Shown: positions 37,227 to 48,446 of the stretch, one piece after another
How positions within the stretch are numbered: the stretch's first letter is position 1
Layout: the number at the start of each line of letters is the position of its first letter
Assembly (NCBI GenBank): GCA_016285245.1
Contig: JAEEQH010000013.1
Span: forward strand, 12,415-76,414
Direction of reading: 5' to 3'
Source: Prevotella sp.
Lineage (GTDB): Bacteria; Bacteroidota; Bacteroidia; Bacteroidales; Bacteroidaceae
Length of the DNA stretch: 64,000 nt
Position numbers and translations under genes: made by a program
The notes under the pieces: model-generated
The model's input: only the letters and a program-made list of their open reading frames with translations
Database searches by the model: none
Told to the model about the DNA's origin: nothing

Positions 37227-38441
37227 TTAGCGGAAGCTGATGGTATGTGGACGCTTGGTCTTCGTGCTGTCAGCATTTGTTTCATCAGCCTTCGTATCTT
37301 CAGCTTTCGTGTCGTCGGCCTTTGTGCTGACCTTCCGTGGCTTCAGCGTAATATGTCGGCGTGCGTTCTTCCTGACATAGTCTATGATGTACTGGTTGAA
37401 CGTCTCTTCCTGGTCCAGTAGCAGGCTGACGCGTACGGGCTGTTGGTAGAGGTTCCGTCGCACGTCGTCGCTCAGTCCGTCGGTGGCGGTCAGGCGCACG
37501 GCATCCTTCTCCGTGGTGATGATACACTTGGGCGAAGGCATGGCGTCGAAGGTGCTGTTGATGAGTTCCACGTCCTTTTGGCTGAAGTAGTGGTGGTCGG
37601 CAAAGGTCAGCGGTGTGATGCTGCCGACGTGTGGTGTCAGGTCCTCGCTGAGCTGCCGTGGCGAAGCGATGCCGGTAAGGAGGAGGACGTTGGTGTCCTT
37701 GAGGTCTCCAAGCACTTTGTGCTTCCCGTGCTCCATGAATACCGGCTGTGGCGCATCGTAGTCCAGCGTCGAGAAGAACAGCCGCTGGTAAGGAAAGAGG
37801 TCCATCGCTTTCGTGATGACTCGGAACTCCATTGGCTTCAGGTCTTTCGGACACTTGGTGACGATGACGATATCGGCGCGGTTCTTGCCTTTCAGAGGCT
37901 CGCGCAGCCTGCCGGCGGGCAGCAGCTTGTCGTAGATGATGAGGCGGTGGTAGTCGACGAGCAGAATGTTGATGCCGGGTTTCACCTGCCGATGCTGGAA
38001 GGCGTCGTCGAGGAGGACGACATCGATGTCGGCGTCTTTGCTGTCGTTCTTGGTCAGACGGCAGATGCCATCGGCGCGGCTATGGTCGACGGCGACGGTC
38101 AGCTTCGGGAACTTCTGCTTCATCTGGAAGGGCTCGTCGCCGATGTCGCTCATCTTCGTGGTGTCGTCGGCGATGACAAACCCGTTGGTCTTGCGCTTGT
38201 AGCCACGACTCAGCACGGCTAGTCGCAGGTGGTCCTGCAACAGGCGTACGAGGTATTCCACGTGAGGTGTCTTGCCGGTGCCGCCAACGGTGATGTTGCC
38301 GACGGAGATGACAGGTGTCTTGAACGAACGGCTCTTCTGCATTCCTGTGTCAAAAAGGAAATTGCGGATGTTAACCCCCAAGCCGTAGAACCAGCTCAGG
38401 GGCGTCAGCCATTCGTTGATCTTGATGAAGTCGCCTTCCAT
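37227..38441 (-). CDS. lpxK: Tetraacyldisaccharide 4'-kinase
   Basis: VGNITVGGTGKTP, LSRGY, GDEP, LDDAFQH, LPAGRLRE, TTEKDA; C-terminal KADDT-like 5-aa repeats. Confidence 0.95.
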   Translation of the reverse strand: MEGDFIKINEWLTPLSWFYGLGVNIRNFLFDTGMQKSRSFKTPVISVGNITVGGTGKTPHVEYLVRLLQDHLRLAVLSRGYKRKTNGFVIADDTTKMSDIGDEPFQMKQKFPKLTVAVDHSRADGICRLTKNDSKDADIDVVLLDDAFQHRQVKPGINILLVDYHRLIIYDKLLPAGRLREPLKGKNRADIVIVTKCPKDLKPMEFRVITKAMDLFPYQRLFFSTLDYDAPQPVFMEHGKHKVLGDLKDTNVLLLTGIASPRQLSEDLTPHVGSITPLTFADHHYFSQKDVELINSTFDAMPSPKCIITTEKDAVRLTATDGLSDDVRRNLYQQPVRVSLLLDQEETFNQYIIDYVRKNARRHITLKPRKVSTKADDTKAEDTKADETNADSTKTKRPHTISFR

Positions 38442-38456
38442 CTCCTTTCTCCGTCG

Positions 38457-40250
38457 TTACTTAATCTCTAACTGATACGGGAATTTAGCCTGCAGGCGGC
38501 TGCATTGCATATCGCGGCGCAGCTCCAGGAGCGGTTGGTAGAGTTCGCCAAGCGTCTGGCGCAGCTCGTCGTCCAGGTAGGAGCCCTTCTTGTCGCTGCT
38601 GCTCAGGAGCTGGTCAAACCAGCTGGCGGGAGCGGGGTAGGCGGCCATATGGTACTCCTTGACCTTTGCCAGTTCGGCGGCCTTCTTCACGGCGTCGTCC
38701 AGAGAGCCGAGCTTGTCGACGAGTTTGATCTTCAGAGCGTCCTTGGCCAGCCAGACACGTCCCTGTGCGATGGAGTCGACGGCGTCACGCGTCATCTTGC
38801 GGCCGTCGGCCACGATGTCGAGGAAGTTGATGTATCCGCGGTCCACGTAGCTCTGCATGTAGCGCATCTCGGCGCTGTTCTCCTTGCCCAGCACGAGGTT
38901 CTCCTCGTAGTCGGTATACTTGTTGGTCTTCACACCGTCGAAGGTGACGCCGAGCTTGTCGGTAACGAGTCCGCTGAAGTTAGGTATCATGCCGAAGATG
39001 CCGATGCTGCCGGTGATGGTCGTCGGCTCAGCGAAGATATAGTCGGCGCCGGCGCTGATCATGTAGCCACCGGAGGCTGCTGCGCCACCCATCGACACGA
39101 CGACGGGCTTCTTCGTCTTCAGCTCCTTGATGGCGTGCCAGATCTGCTCTGAGGCATTGGCGCTGCCGCCGCCAGAGTTGACGCGCAGCACGACGGCTTT
39201 CACGTCGTCATCCTTGGCCAGCTTGTTCAGGTCCTCGACGGTGGTCTTGCCCACGATGTCGTGGTCTGACGAGAAGATGCCCGTTGCCTCGGTGTCGACG
39301 ATGCTGCCGTAAGCGTAGTAGACGGCAATCTTCTCGCCCTTGTCCTTATTCTTCTTAGGCAGGTTGATCATGTCGCCGAGGGTCAGCTGGCTGATCTCCT
39401 TGTCGGCATCGATCTTCAGCAGGGCCTTGATCTCCTTGCTCACCTCGTCGGGGTACATCAGCTTGTCGACGAGCTTCGCCGTGACGTAGTCGTTGGCGTC
39501 GGCCAGTCCGATGATGCTGTCGTTAGCCAGCTGGTTCAGCTGTTCGGCGGTCACCTTGCGGCTCTCGGCGATGTCGCTGAGCCAATGCTGCCAGATACCC
39601 TGGGTGTAGGCCTCGCGCTGCTCGCGGTCGTAGTCGCTCATGCCGGTCTGCGTGCTGCGCTCTACATAGCTCTTGTACTTGCCGACCTTGGCCACCTGGT
39701 ACTTGATGCCGAGCTTGTCGTACAGACCCTTCATGTACTCGCCCTTTCCGCCGAGTCCCTTGAAGTCAAGCATACCCGTGCGGTTCATATAGACCTTGTC
39801 AGCCACGGAAGCCACGTAGTAGCTGGCCTGCATATATTGGTCTGAATAAGCCACAATCCACTTGCCGCTCTTCTTGAAGTCCTTCAAGGCGTCGCGGACC
39901 TGCTGGGCTGTGGCGGGGGCGTCGAACGACGAGATGCCGCCCTCGATGTAGATTCCCTTGATGTTCTCTTCGTCCTTGGCCTTGCGGATGCTGGCTACGA
40001 TGTCGTCCAGACCCATGACGTCCATGTCAATCTCTCCCATGAGTATGCTGAAAGGATCGTCCTCATTAGCGCGCTCCTGGATGGTGGCGTTGAGTTTCAG
40101 AACGAATACCGAGTTTTCGGGGGCTGTTGTCGTCTTGTTTCCCGAGGCGACGATACCGACGAGACTAATCATGAAGATGATGCCGCCGACGATTGACAGC
40201 AGGATGATGCCACAGATGGTGGCGAGGGTGTACTTGAAAAATTCTTTCAT
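38457..40250 (-). CDS. sppA: Signal peptide peptidase SppA (67K type)
   Basis: LRVNSGGGS, AASGGY, TITGSIG, AQGRVW; two-domain length. Confidence 0.93.
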   Translation of the reverse strand: MKEFFKYTLATICGIILLSIVGGIIFMISLVGIVASGNKTTTAPENSVFVLKLNATIQERANEDDPFSILMGEIDMDVMGLDDIVASIRKAKDEENIKGIYIEGGISSFDAPATAQQVRDALKDFKKSGKWIVAYSDQYMQASYYVASVADKVYMNRTGMLDFKGLGGKGEYMKGLYDKLGIKYQVAKVGKYKSYVERSTQTGMSDYDREQREAYTQGIWQHWLSDIAESRKVTAEQLNQLANDSIIGLADANDYVTAKLVDKLMYPDEVSKEIKALLKIDADKEISQLTLGDMINLPKKNKDKGEKIAVYYAYGSIVDTEATGIFSSDHDIVGKTTVEDLNKLAKDDDVKAVVLRVNSGGGSANASEQIWHAIKELKTKKPVVVSMGGAAASGGYMISAGADYIFAEPTTITGSIGIFGMIPNFSGLVTDKLGVTFDGVKTNKYTDYEENLVLGKENSAEMRYMQSYVDRGYINFLDIVADGRKMTRDAVDSIAQGRVWLAKDALKIKLVDKLGSLDDAVKKAAELAKVKEYHMAAYPAPASWFDQLLSSSDKKGSYLDDELRQTLGELYQPLLELRRDMQCSRLQAKFPYQLEIK

Positions 40251-40374
40251 TTTTAAGGTATAAGTTTACGTATTTCCGCGCAAAGATACGACTTTTTTCT
40301 GAATCGTCGCACATTTTTCCTGATTTTTTATTAATTTTGCCCCCGCAAAACTAATCTCTGAACAAATAAAGCAC

Positions 40375-41712
40375 ATGAAAACAAGACTTTTTACCTGTCT
40401 CGTCCTGCTCGCGATATGCGTGTCGGGTGCGGGAAAAAAGAAAGTGGTGAAACAAGACCTGTGGCCCGACGGCACACCCATCTCCGCATGGTTTAGCGAC
40501 ACGACGCGTGTGGACCTCTCGGGACTAAAGCGCTATGTCGTGACCGACTATGGCGTCGACGGCTTCTCGGCAGAAGTCCAGACGGCGAAGATCCAGGCAG
40601 TCATCGACCGCTGTGCCCAAGAGGGTGGTGGCGTTGTTGTCATTCCCCGAGGCACGTTTATCAGCGGCGCCCTGTTCTTCAAGCCCAAGACCCACTTGAA
40701 GATCGAGGAGGGTGGCGAACTCCAGGGTGCCCAGCGCATCAAGTACTATCCTGTCCTCAAGACCCGCCTCGAGGGTCAGACGCTCGACTACTTTGCTGCC
40801 CTGGTCAATGCCGACGGCGTGGACGGATTTACCATTACCGGCCCGGGCACCATCAACGGCAACGGACAGCCCTTCTGGGAGGAGTTCTGGATTCGCCGTA
40901 AGATCAACAAGAACTGTACGAACCTCGAGGCGATGCGTCCGCGCAACGTCTATATCTCCAACTCAAAGGATGTGACAGTACAAGACGTAAAGATCATTAA
41001 TTCAGCGTTTTGGACGAATCACCTCTACCGTTGCGAGAACGTTCGTTACCTCGGCTGCTTCATCTATGCGCCGACGGAGAACGTGACGCCGGTCGACCCC
41101 AAGCGCGGGGCACCGTCGAGCGATGCCATCGACCTTGACGTCTGCAAGAACGTGCTCATCCACGGCTGCTATATGCACGTCAACGACGATGCCGTCGTGC
41201 TGAAGGGCGGCAAGGGCACATGGGCCGACAAGGACGAGAACAACGGTCCCAACTCGAACATCATCATCGAGGACTGTACCTATGGCAAGGTGCATGGCTG
41301 TCTGACACTTGGCTCGGAGTCACTCCACGATCGTAACGTCATCCTGCGCCGCATCAACGTCAAGTCGGCCACGCGTGTGTTGTGGCTGAAGATGCGTCCC
41401 GACACGCCTCAGCACTACGAGTATGTGACCGTCGAGGACATTACCGGCACGTGCGGCTCGTTCCTCGTCGTCCGTCCCTGGACGCAGTTCTTCAAGCCCG
41501 AAGACCGTGAGGATATGCCGCTGTCAACGTGCAACAACATTACCATCCGTAACATCCAGATGACCACGAAGAATTTCTTCGACGTCGGCACGTCCGAGAA
41601 GTACCGCCTCAAGGACTTCACGTTCGAGAATGTCAGCGTACAGGACGAGAAGAAGGCTTTCGACCCGGCGATGATTGAGAACTGTAGCGTGCGGAATGTC
41701 ACTATCCAATAG
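40375..41712 (+). CDS. Secreted GH28 pectin-degrading glycoside hydrolase
   Basis: Signal peptide, TAKIQAVID, SSDAID, NDDAVVLKG, HGCLTLGSE motifs. Confidence 0.88.
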   Translation: MKTRLFTCLVLLAICVSGAGKKKVVKQDLWPDGTPISAWFSDTTRVDLSGLKRYVVTDYGVDGFSAEVQTAKIQAVIDRCAQEGGGVVVIPRGTFISGALFFKPKTHLKIEEGGELQGAQRIKYYPVLKTRLEGQTLDYFAALVNADGVDGFTITGPGTINGNGQPFWEEFWIRRKINKNCTNLEAMRPRNVYISNSKDVTVQDVKIINSAFWTNHLYRCENVRYLGCFIYAPTENVTPVDPKRGAPSSDAIDLDVCKNVLIHGCYMHVNDDAVVLKGGKGTWADKDENNGPNSNIIIEDCTYGKVHGCLTLGSESLHDRNVILRRINVKSATRVLWLKMRPDTPQHYEYVTVEDITGTCGSFLVVRPWTQFFKPEDREDMPLSTCNNITIRNIQMTTKNFFDVGTSEKYRLKDFTFENVSVQDEKKAFDPAMIENCSVRNVTIQ

Positions 41713-41753
41713 TCAAAAGAAGGTTAATTCCGCAAGTAGATCATAAAAAAGAG

Positions 41754-41796
41754 CGTGCCAAATTGTCAGTTTTGACAGTTTGGCACGTTTTTCGCT
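41754..41796 (+). promoter_or_regulatory. Sigma54-type -24/-12 promoter of groESL within a 15-bp inverted repeat
   Basis: TGGCACGTTTTTCGCT at 41781-41796; CGTGCCAAATTGTCA pairs with TGACAGTTTGGCACG at 14/15. Confidence 0.65.
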
Positions 41797-41844
41797 GACA
41801 TGAAGGCAGACGATTAAAACAACAAATAACAAAAACAACGTATT

Positions 41845-42117
41845 ATGAACATCAAACCATTAGCAGACCGCGTGCTGGTAGTACCCGCACCGGCAGAAGA
41901 GAAGATCGGTGGTATCATCATTCCTGATACCGCCAAGGAAAAACCCCTTCACGGCACCATTAAGGCTGTCGGTCAGGGCACGAAGGACGAGGCTATGATC
42001 CTGAAGGCCGGCGACGAGGTGCTCTACGGCAAGTACAGTGGCACGGAACTGGAGTTCGAGGGCGAGAAGTACCTGATGATGCGCCAGAGCGACGTCCTCG
42101 CGATTATTGAAAAGTAA
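41845..42117 (+). CDS. groES: Co-chaperonin GroES
   Basis: [30 protein letters not shown]. Confidence 0.98.
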   Translation: MNIKPLADRVLVVPAPAEEKIGGIIIPDTAKEKPLHGTIKAVGQGTKDEAMILKAGDEVLYGKYSGTELEFEGEKYLMMRQSDVLAIIEK

Positions 42118-42192
42118 TCGCAAATGTAAAAATGATAAAATGTAAATAAATCAATTATTACATTTTTAAATTCTTTAATTTTTAAATTCTGA

Positions 42193-43830
<1,638 letters not shown>

Positions 43831-43860
43831 TAGAATTGTCAACTCGACATAACAAAATAG

Positions 43861-43894
43861 GGAGGCGGACTTTTCGGTTCGTCTCCTTTTTTTT
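43861..43894 (+). terminator. Intrinsic terminator of groESL
   Basis: GGAGGCGGAC / GTTCGTCTCC stem (with G-U pairs) followed by T8. Confidence 0.85.
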
Positions 43895-43969
43895 GTTTTT
43901 TGATTTAGGTCAATGAAAAAATGAGAAAAGCTATTGCAGCATATATTTTTTCTTCATAACTTTGCAGCG

Positions 43970-44094
43970 TCAAAACTGATAAATGACTGCCGCGAGGCAA
44001 GACAACGATATTTTTGATTTGTTTTAGTAGATTAGTTTTTAAGTAGTTTGTTTTTTCATAAAAAGCGGAGCGTCGTGACGACGTCCCGCTTTTT
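43970..44094 (+). ncRNA. Candidate stand-alone small RNA (about 125 nt)
   Basis: Own TAACTTTG promoter (43957-43964), TGCC-GCGA-GGCA hairpin, U-rich middle, terminator AAAAGCGG..CGTCGTGACGACG..CCGCTTTT; the next gene has a separate TACCTTTG promoter. Confidence 0.6.
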
Positions 44095-44154
44095 GATTTT
44101 CTTTAACTTCTCTCCTTTCTCTCACTCCCCAAAAATCACTACCTTTGCAGGCGT

Positions 44155-47130
44155 ATGCGAAAACTATATCTACTACTTGCCTTGTTTACTGGCACAGCCG
44201 CCTTCGCCCAGACGCGGAAGGTGGGCGACTTCATTGAGTCCACATCCTACAATCTCGATAAGAACGGCGTCGAGCGCACCCAGCAGTATTTCCCCGAGGC
44301 CGGGGCGTTCGTCTGCGAGAACGGCGTGAACCGTTTCACGCGTGCCCTCTACGGCGGCTGGACGGACTACCGCATCGAGACGTCCGACCGTCCCGTCTTC
44401 GCCATCGTGAAGAAGAACCACCACCGCCACCTGCGCTTCCTGGTGAACGGTGTGCCCCTCGACTCGACGGACTATTGCAAGGCGTACTACGTTGACGGCC
44501 GTCGACGCTACGTGCTGAAGGACAAGCGGTGGGGCGAGCAGCAGTCGCTCGAGGTGCAGGTCGTCGCCTGTCACGACCGCGAGGGTGCCGTCTGGCTGTT
44601 CCATGATATGTGGTTCCGCGAGCCCGTTAGCTACGAGGCACGCCTGTGCGAGATTGCCAATCCGAAACTGCATCGCAATGGCGACATCGGCGCCGACAAG
44701 CCCGGCGTCTTCGAGGCGGCTCCCGGTGAGCGTGGACTGGAGCGCTACACGTGGCAGTCGGCAGGTATGGACGATAGTCACCAGGGTTACTATAGCGACA
44801 CCTTCTTCGTCATCGACAGCATCAACCGCGTGGTGACGTTGCCGCAGGACGAGGCGCGGCGGCTGATGGCTGAGGCTAACCGCTACAACATGCAGCTGGC
44901 CCAGCGCATCCGTTTCGAGACTCCTGACCCTTACATCAATACTCTGGGTAGCGCCTTGGCCTTTGCGGCCGACGGCGACTGGGACGGCAAGACGTGGCTC
45001 CATGGCTGTGTGGGCTGGCGTATGCCGCTGGCGGGCTGGCGTGCCGCTTATGTCGGCGACGTGCTGGGCTGGAACGACCGGCAGCGTAGCCACTTCGATG
45101 CTTATGCCAAGAGTCAGGTGACCAACGTCCCTGCCACCATTCCCCATCCCTCGCAGGACACGACGCTGAACCTGGCGCGGGCGGAAAAGAAGTGGGGCAC
45201 GCAGATGTACAGCAACGGCTACATCTGCCGCAATCCCGAGCGCAACGACCAGATGCACCACTACGACATGAACCTGAACTACATCGATGAGCTGCTCTGG
45301 CATTTCCAGTACGATGCCGACAAGGACTATATGCGCCAGATGTGGCCCGTCATCAAGAGTCATTTGGCATGGGAGAAGCGCAACTACGACCCCGACGGCG
45401 ACCACCTCTACGATGCCTACTGCTGCATCTGGGCCAGCGATGCGCTTTACTATAACGGAGGTGCCGTAACCCATTCATCTGCTTATAATTATCGCGGCAA
45501 CAGACTGGCAGCGCGTATTGCTGAGATCATCGGCGAAGATCCAGAGCCTTACCGTCAGGAGGCGGAGGCCATCCTGCAGGCGATGAACGAACGGCTGTGG
45601 CTGTCCAAGAAGGGCGTCTGGGCGGAGTATCAGGACGCCATGGGCTTGAAGCGCCTGCACGAGAGTCCCGCCGTCTGGAGCATCTACACGCCCGTCGACT
45701 GCGGCGCCTGCTCGCCCACTCAGGCCTTCAAGGCCGTCCGTTGGGCAAACAGCTATCTTCCTAAAATAGACGTCGAAGGTACTAAATACAGAACCATTGC
45801 CACGTCGAACTGGATGCCCTATTCCTGGAGCATCAACAACGTGGCCGCCGCCGAGGTGATGCACATGGCGCTGGCCTATTTCGAGGCTGGCGAGGACTTC
45901 CTGGGCTACGACCTGCTGAAGGCAAACGTCATGGACCAGATGTACTACGGCCAATGCCCCGGCAACTTCGGACAGATCAGTTACTACGATGCCGCCCGCG
46001 GCGAGTGCTACCGCGACTTCGGCGACTGCATCGGCATCTCCTCGCGTGCGCTCATCCAGGGCCTCTTCGGCATCGTTCCGCAGGCCCTCGACGGCCGTTG
46101 CATCATCCGCCCCGGCTTCCCTACAGGGTGGGACAGCGTGGCCATCCACACGCCCTACCTTTCCTATGTGTACACGCGCAAAGGCGACGTTGAACGCTAC
46201 GATATCACCCAGCACTTCCGCCAGCCGCTGAAGATCGTCGTCCGCCAGAACACGGGCGACGGCCATTACGTCGATACCGAGTGTACGGCCGAGGAGCATC
46301 AGGTGATAGAGTTGGAAGACCCCGGCCGCGTACTGAGAACGGGACATCCCGTGCCTGGCCGCCGTCGTAACCTGGGCCTTGGCGACACCAACCCGTTGAA
46401 GCCATCCCATCCGCAGACCATCGACCGCTACTTCAACGCCCGTGTCGACGACATCTTCAAGAACCAGTATCTCTCGCCCCGTCCACAGACCACGACGCTT
46501 CAGATTCCCGTTCAGGGCATCGGCGAGTGGTGTCACCCCGAGCTGACGGCCGACATCAACGACTCCATCTTCCGCTCGCTCGTCGTGAAGGACGAGATCA
46601 CGCTTGCCGACATCCCCTTCCGCACGCCGCTGCAGGGGCAGAACATCGTCTACACCTCGCTCTGGGACAACTATCCCGACAGCGTCGTCATCCCCTTGGA
46701 GGGCAATGCCTCGACGGCCTACCTCCTGATGGCCGGCTCCACGAACCATATGCAGAGCCACATCGACAACGGCCTCGTCGTCGTCAGCTATACTGACAAT
46801 TCGTCAGACACCCTCCAGCTCTACAACCCCTTCAACTGGTGCCCCATCGAGCAAGACTACTACATCGACGGCAAGGCCTTCTGGACCGTAGTCACGGGTC
46901 GTCCCCTGCGCGTCTGCTTAGGAAAGGCGACTGCCGACGGGAAACCGCTCGTCAGCCGCGACCTGGGCAAAGAGTTAAACATCAAGGGTGTCTACGGTCG
47001 TGAGATTCCCGGTGGTGCCGCCCAGATTCTCTCCATGCCGCTCAACGCGCAGAAGCGTCTCCGCTCGCTCACCCTCCGCACACTCTCCAACGACATCGTC
47101 ATCGGCCTCATGGCTGTCACGCTACAGTAA
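44155..47130 (+). CDS. Secreted DUF4450-like putative (alpha/alpha)6 glycoside hydrolase
   Basis: Signal peptide; NRFTRALYG, WLHGCVGWRMPLAGWR, HHYDMNL, YDAYCCIWASD, QIPVQGIGEWC resemble the Bacteroidota DUF4450 family as recalled. Confidence 0.7.
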   Translation: MRKLYLLLALFTGTAAFAQTRKVGDFIESTSYNLDKNGVERTQQYFPEAGAFVCENGVNRFTRALYGGWTDYRIETSDRPVFAIVKKNHHRHLRFLVNGVPLDSTDYCKAYYVDGRRRYVLKDKRWGEQQSLEVQVVACHDREGAVWLFHDMWFREPVSYEARLCEIANPKLHRNGDIGADKPGVFEAAPGERGLERYTWQSAGMDDSHQGYYSDTFFVIDSINRVVTLPQDEARRLMAEANRYNMQLAQRIRFETPDPYINTLGSALAFAADGDWDGKTWLHGCVGWRMPLAGWRAAYVGDVLGWNDRQRSHFDAYAKSQVTNVPATIPHPSQDTTLNLARAEKKWGTQMYSNGYICRNPERNDQMHHYDMNLNYIDELLWHFQYDADKDYMRQMWPVIKSHLAWEKRNYDPDGDHLYDAYCCIWASDALYYNGGAVTHSSAYNYRGNRLAARIAEIIGEDPEPYRQEAEAILQAMNERLWLSKKGVWAEYQDAMGLKRLHESPAVWSIYTPVDCGACSPTQAFKAVRWANSYLPKIDVEGTKYRTIATSNWMPYSWSINNVAAAEVMHMALAYFEAGEDFLGYDLLKANVMDQMYYGQCPGNFGQISYYDAARGECYRDFGDCIGISSRALIQGLFGIVPQALDGRCIIRPGFPTGWDSVAIHTPYLSYVYTRKGDVERYDITQHFRQPLKIVVRQNTGDGHYVDTECTAEEHQVIELEDPGRVLRTGHPVPGRRRNLGLGDTNPLKPSHPQTIDRYFNARVDDIFKNQYLSPRPQTTTLQIPVQGIGEWCHPELTADINDSIFRSLVVKDEITLADIPFRTPLQGQNIVYTSLWDNYPDSVVIPLEGNASTAYLLMAGSTNHMQSHIDNGLVVVSYTDNSSDTLQLYNPFNWCPIEQDYYIDGKAFWTVVTGRPLRVCLGKATADGKPLVSRDLGKELNIKGVYGREIPGGAAQILSMPLNAQKRLRSLTLRTLSNDIVIGLMAVTLQ

Positions 47131-47168
47131 AACTATACAAAAAACAAAAAAGTACACAAAAGGAATGC

Positions 47169-47210
47169 TATGAACCCCGAAAGTATTTTGTCTAACTTTC
47201 GGGGTTCATA
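47169..47210. terminator. Hairpin/terminator between convergent genes
   Basis: Perfect 16-bp stem TATGAACCCCGAAAGT / ACTTTCGGGGTTCATA. Confidence 0.75.
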
Positions 47211-47243
47211 ACATTTGTGTATTTACGTGTACTTTATGTCCTC

Positions 47244-48425
47244 TTAATAGGCATGGTCGTTGCCGCGGAGCTCATCGCGCGTCAGTTTCTTACGGTCGAG
47301 CGAGTACCAGGCGTAGGCGATGTAGGCGACGACGAATGGTACGAGCAGGGAGACGTAGAACATGGTGCGCAGGGTGAACTCGCTGGAGCAGGAGTTCTGC
47401 ATCGTCAGCGACGACTGCAGGTCGGCCGTTGAGGGGTAGTAGGCGGTGTTGTTCCACGCCGAGCAGAGCAGCAGGGCGAGTACGGTGAGGATGGTGCCGA
47501 TGCCTGCTGGCCAGATGCCGTCAAAAGTGAAGAGTGAAGAGTGATGAGTGAAGAATTTGCTGCCGCGCAACATCTCGGTAATGATGCCGTAGAGGACGAG
47601 CACCACACCTATTAATAATAGCAGGAGGAGGTACCACATCTCCAGGAAGTTCGTCAGGTACTTGTAGGGCTCCATGAAGACGACGCCCGTCTCGGGGTTG
47701 TAGGCATAGCCGTCCTTCAGCAGCAGGTGGACGAGGTAGGCCACGAAGAGCACGACGAAGGGTACGGCGGCGCCGATGAGGCGCACGCTGCCGCGTGAGC
47801 GGATGTCCTCGTCGTTGACGTTGTTCATGACGTAGAGGATGCCGAGCGTGCGTGCCAGGAACACCACGGCGAATCCGAAGACGAGCACCCAGGGGTTGAG
47901 CAGGGCGTCAAGGCCGTGGCTGGCGTTGGCCCAGTGGCTGATGACGGGTGTCACGGCCATCGGGTCGACCATGTTGCTTTTCTCGACGATGAAGTTCGAG
48001 CCCTCGAAGAAGGTGGCTACGGCGCCGCCGAGGAGCAGCGGTCCGACGATGCCGTTGAGGGTGAGGAAGAACTGGAAGGTCTTCGGGCCGAGGATGTTGC
48101 CAATCTTGTTCTGGAACTCGTAGCTGACGGCCTGTAGCACGAAGGTGAAGAGGATGGCCATCCACAGCCAGTAGGCGCTGCCGAAGCTGGTGGAGTAGAA
48201 GAGGGGATAGGAGGCGAAGAAGGCTCCGCCGAAGGTGACGAGCGTGGTGAACGTCAGCTCCCACTTGCGTCCCGTGGAGTTGTAGACGAGTCGCCGTCCT
48301 TCCTCCGTCCATCCTAATGAGCGTGCCACGGAGTTGGCTCCCTGGACAAACAACAGAAATACTAATATAGCGCCGAGTAGGGCGACGATGAAGCACCAGT
48401 AGTGCTGTAAGAATTCGTAGGTCAT
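47244..48425 (-). CDS. cydB: Cytochrome bd ubiquinol oxidase subunit II
   Basis: STGRKWELTFTTLVTFGGAFFASYPLFY, AVSYEF, NSCSSEFTL; polytopic; follows cydA. Confidence 0.92.
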   Translation of the reverse strand: MTYEFLQHYWCFIVALLGAILVFLLFVQGANSVARSLGWTEEGRRLVYNSTGRKWELTFTTLVTFGGAFFASYPLFYSTSFGSAYWLWMAILFTFVLQAVSYEFQNKIGNILGPKTFQFFLTLNGIVGPLLLGGAVATFFEGSNFIVEKSNMVDPMAVTPVISHWANASHGLDALLNPWVLVFGFAVVFLARTLGILYVMNNVNDEDIRSRGSVRLIGAAVPFVVLFVAYLVHLLLKDGYAYNPETGVVFMEPYKYLTNFLEMWYLLLLLLIGVVLVLYGIITEMLRGSKFFTHHSSLFTFDGIWPAGIGTILTVLALLLCSAWNNTAYYPSTADLQSSLTMQNSCSSEFTLRTMFYVSLLVPFVVAYIAYAWYSLDRKKLTRDELRGNDHAY

Positions 48426-48446
48426 AATACTTCTATTTTTATTTTA

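Noticed and set aside
37258-37325. 15-bp repeats near the end of lpxK
   Set aside because: They encode a degenerate KADDT-like low-complexity tail and do not match the 7/8-mer or 21-bp families.
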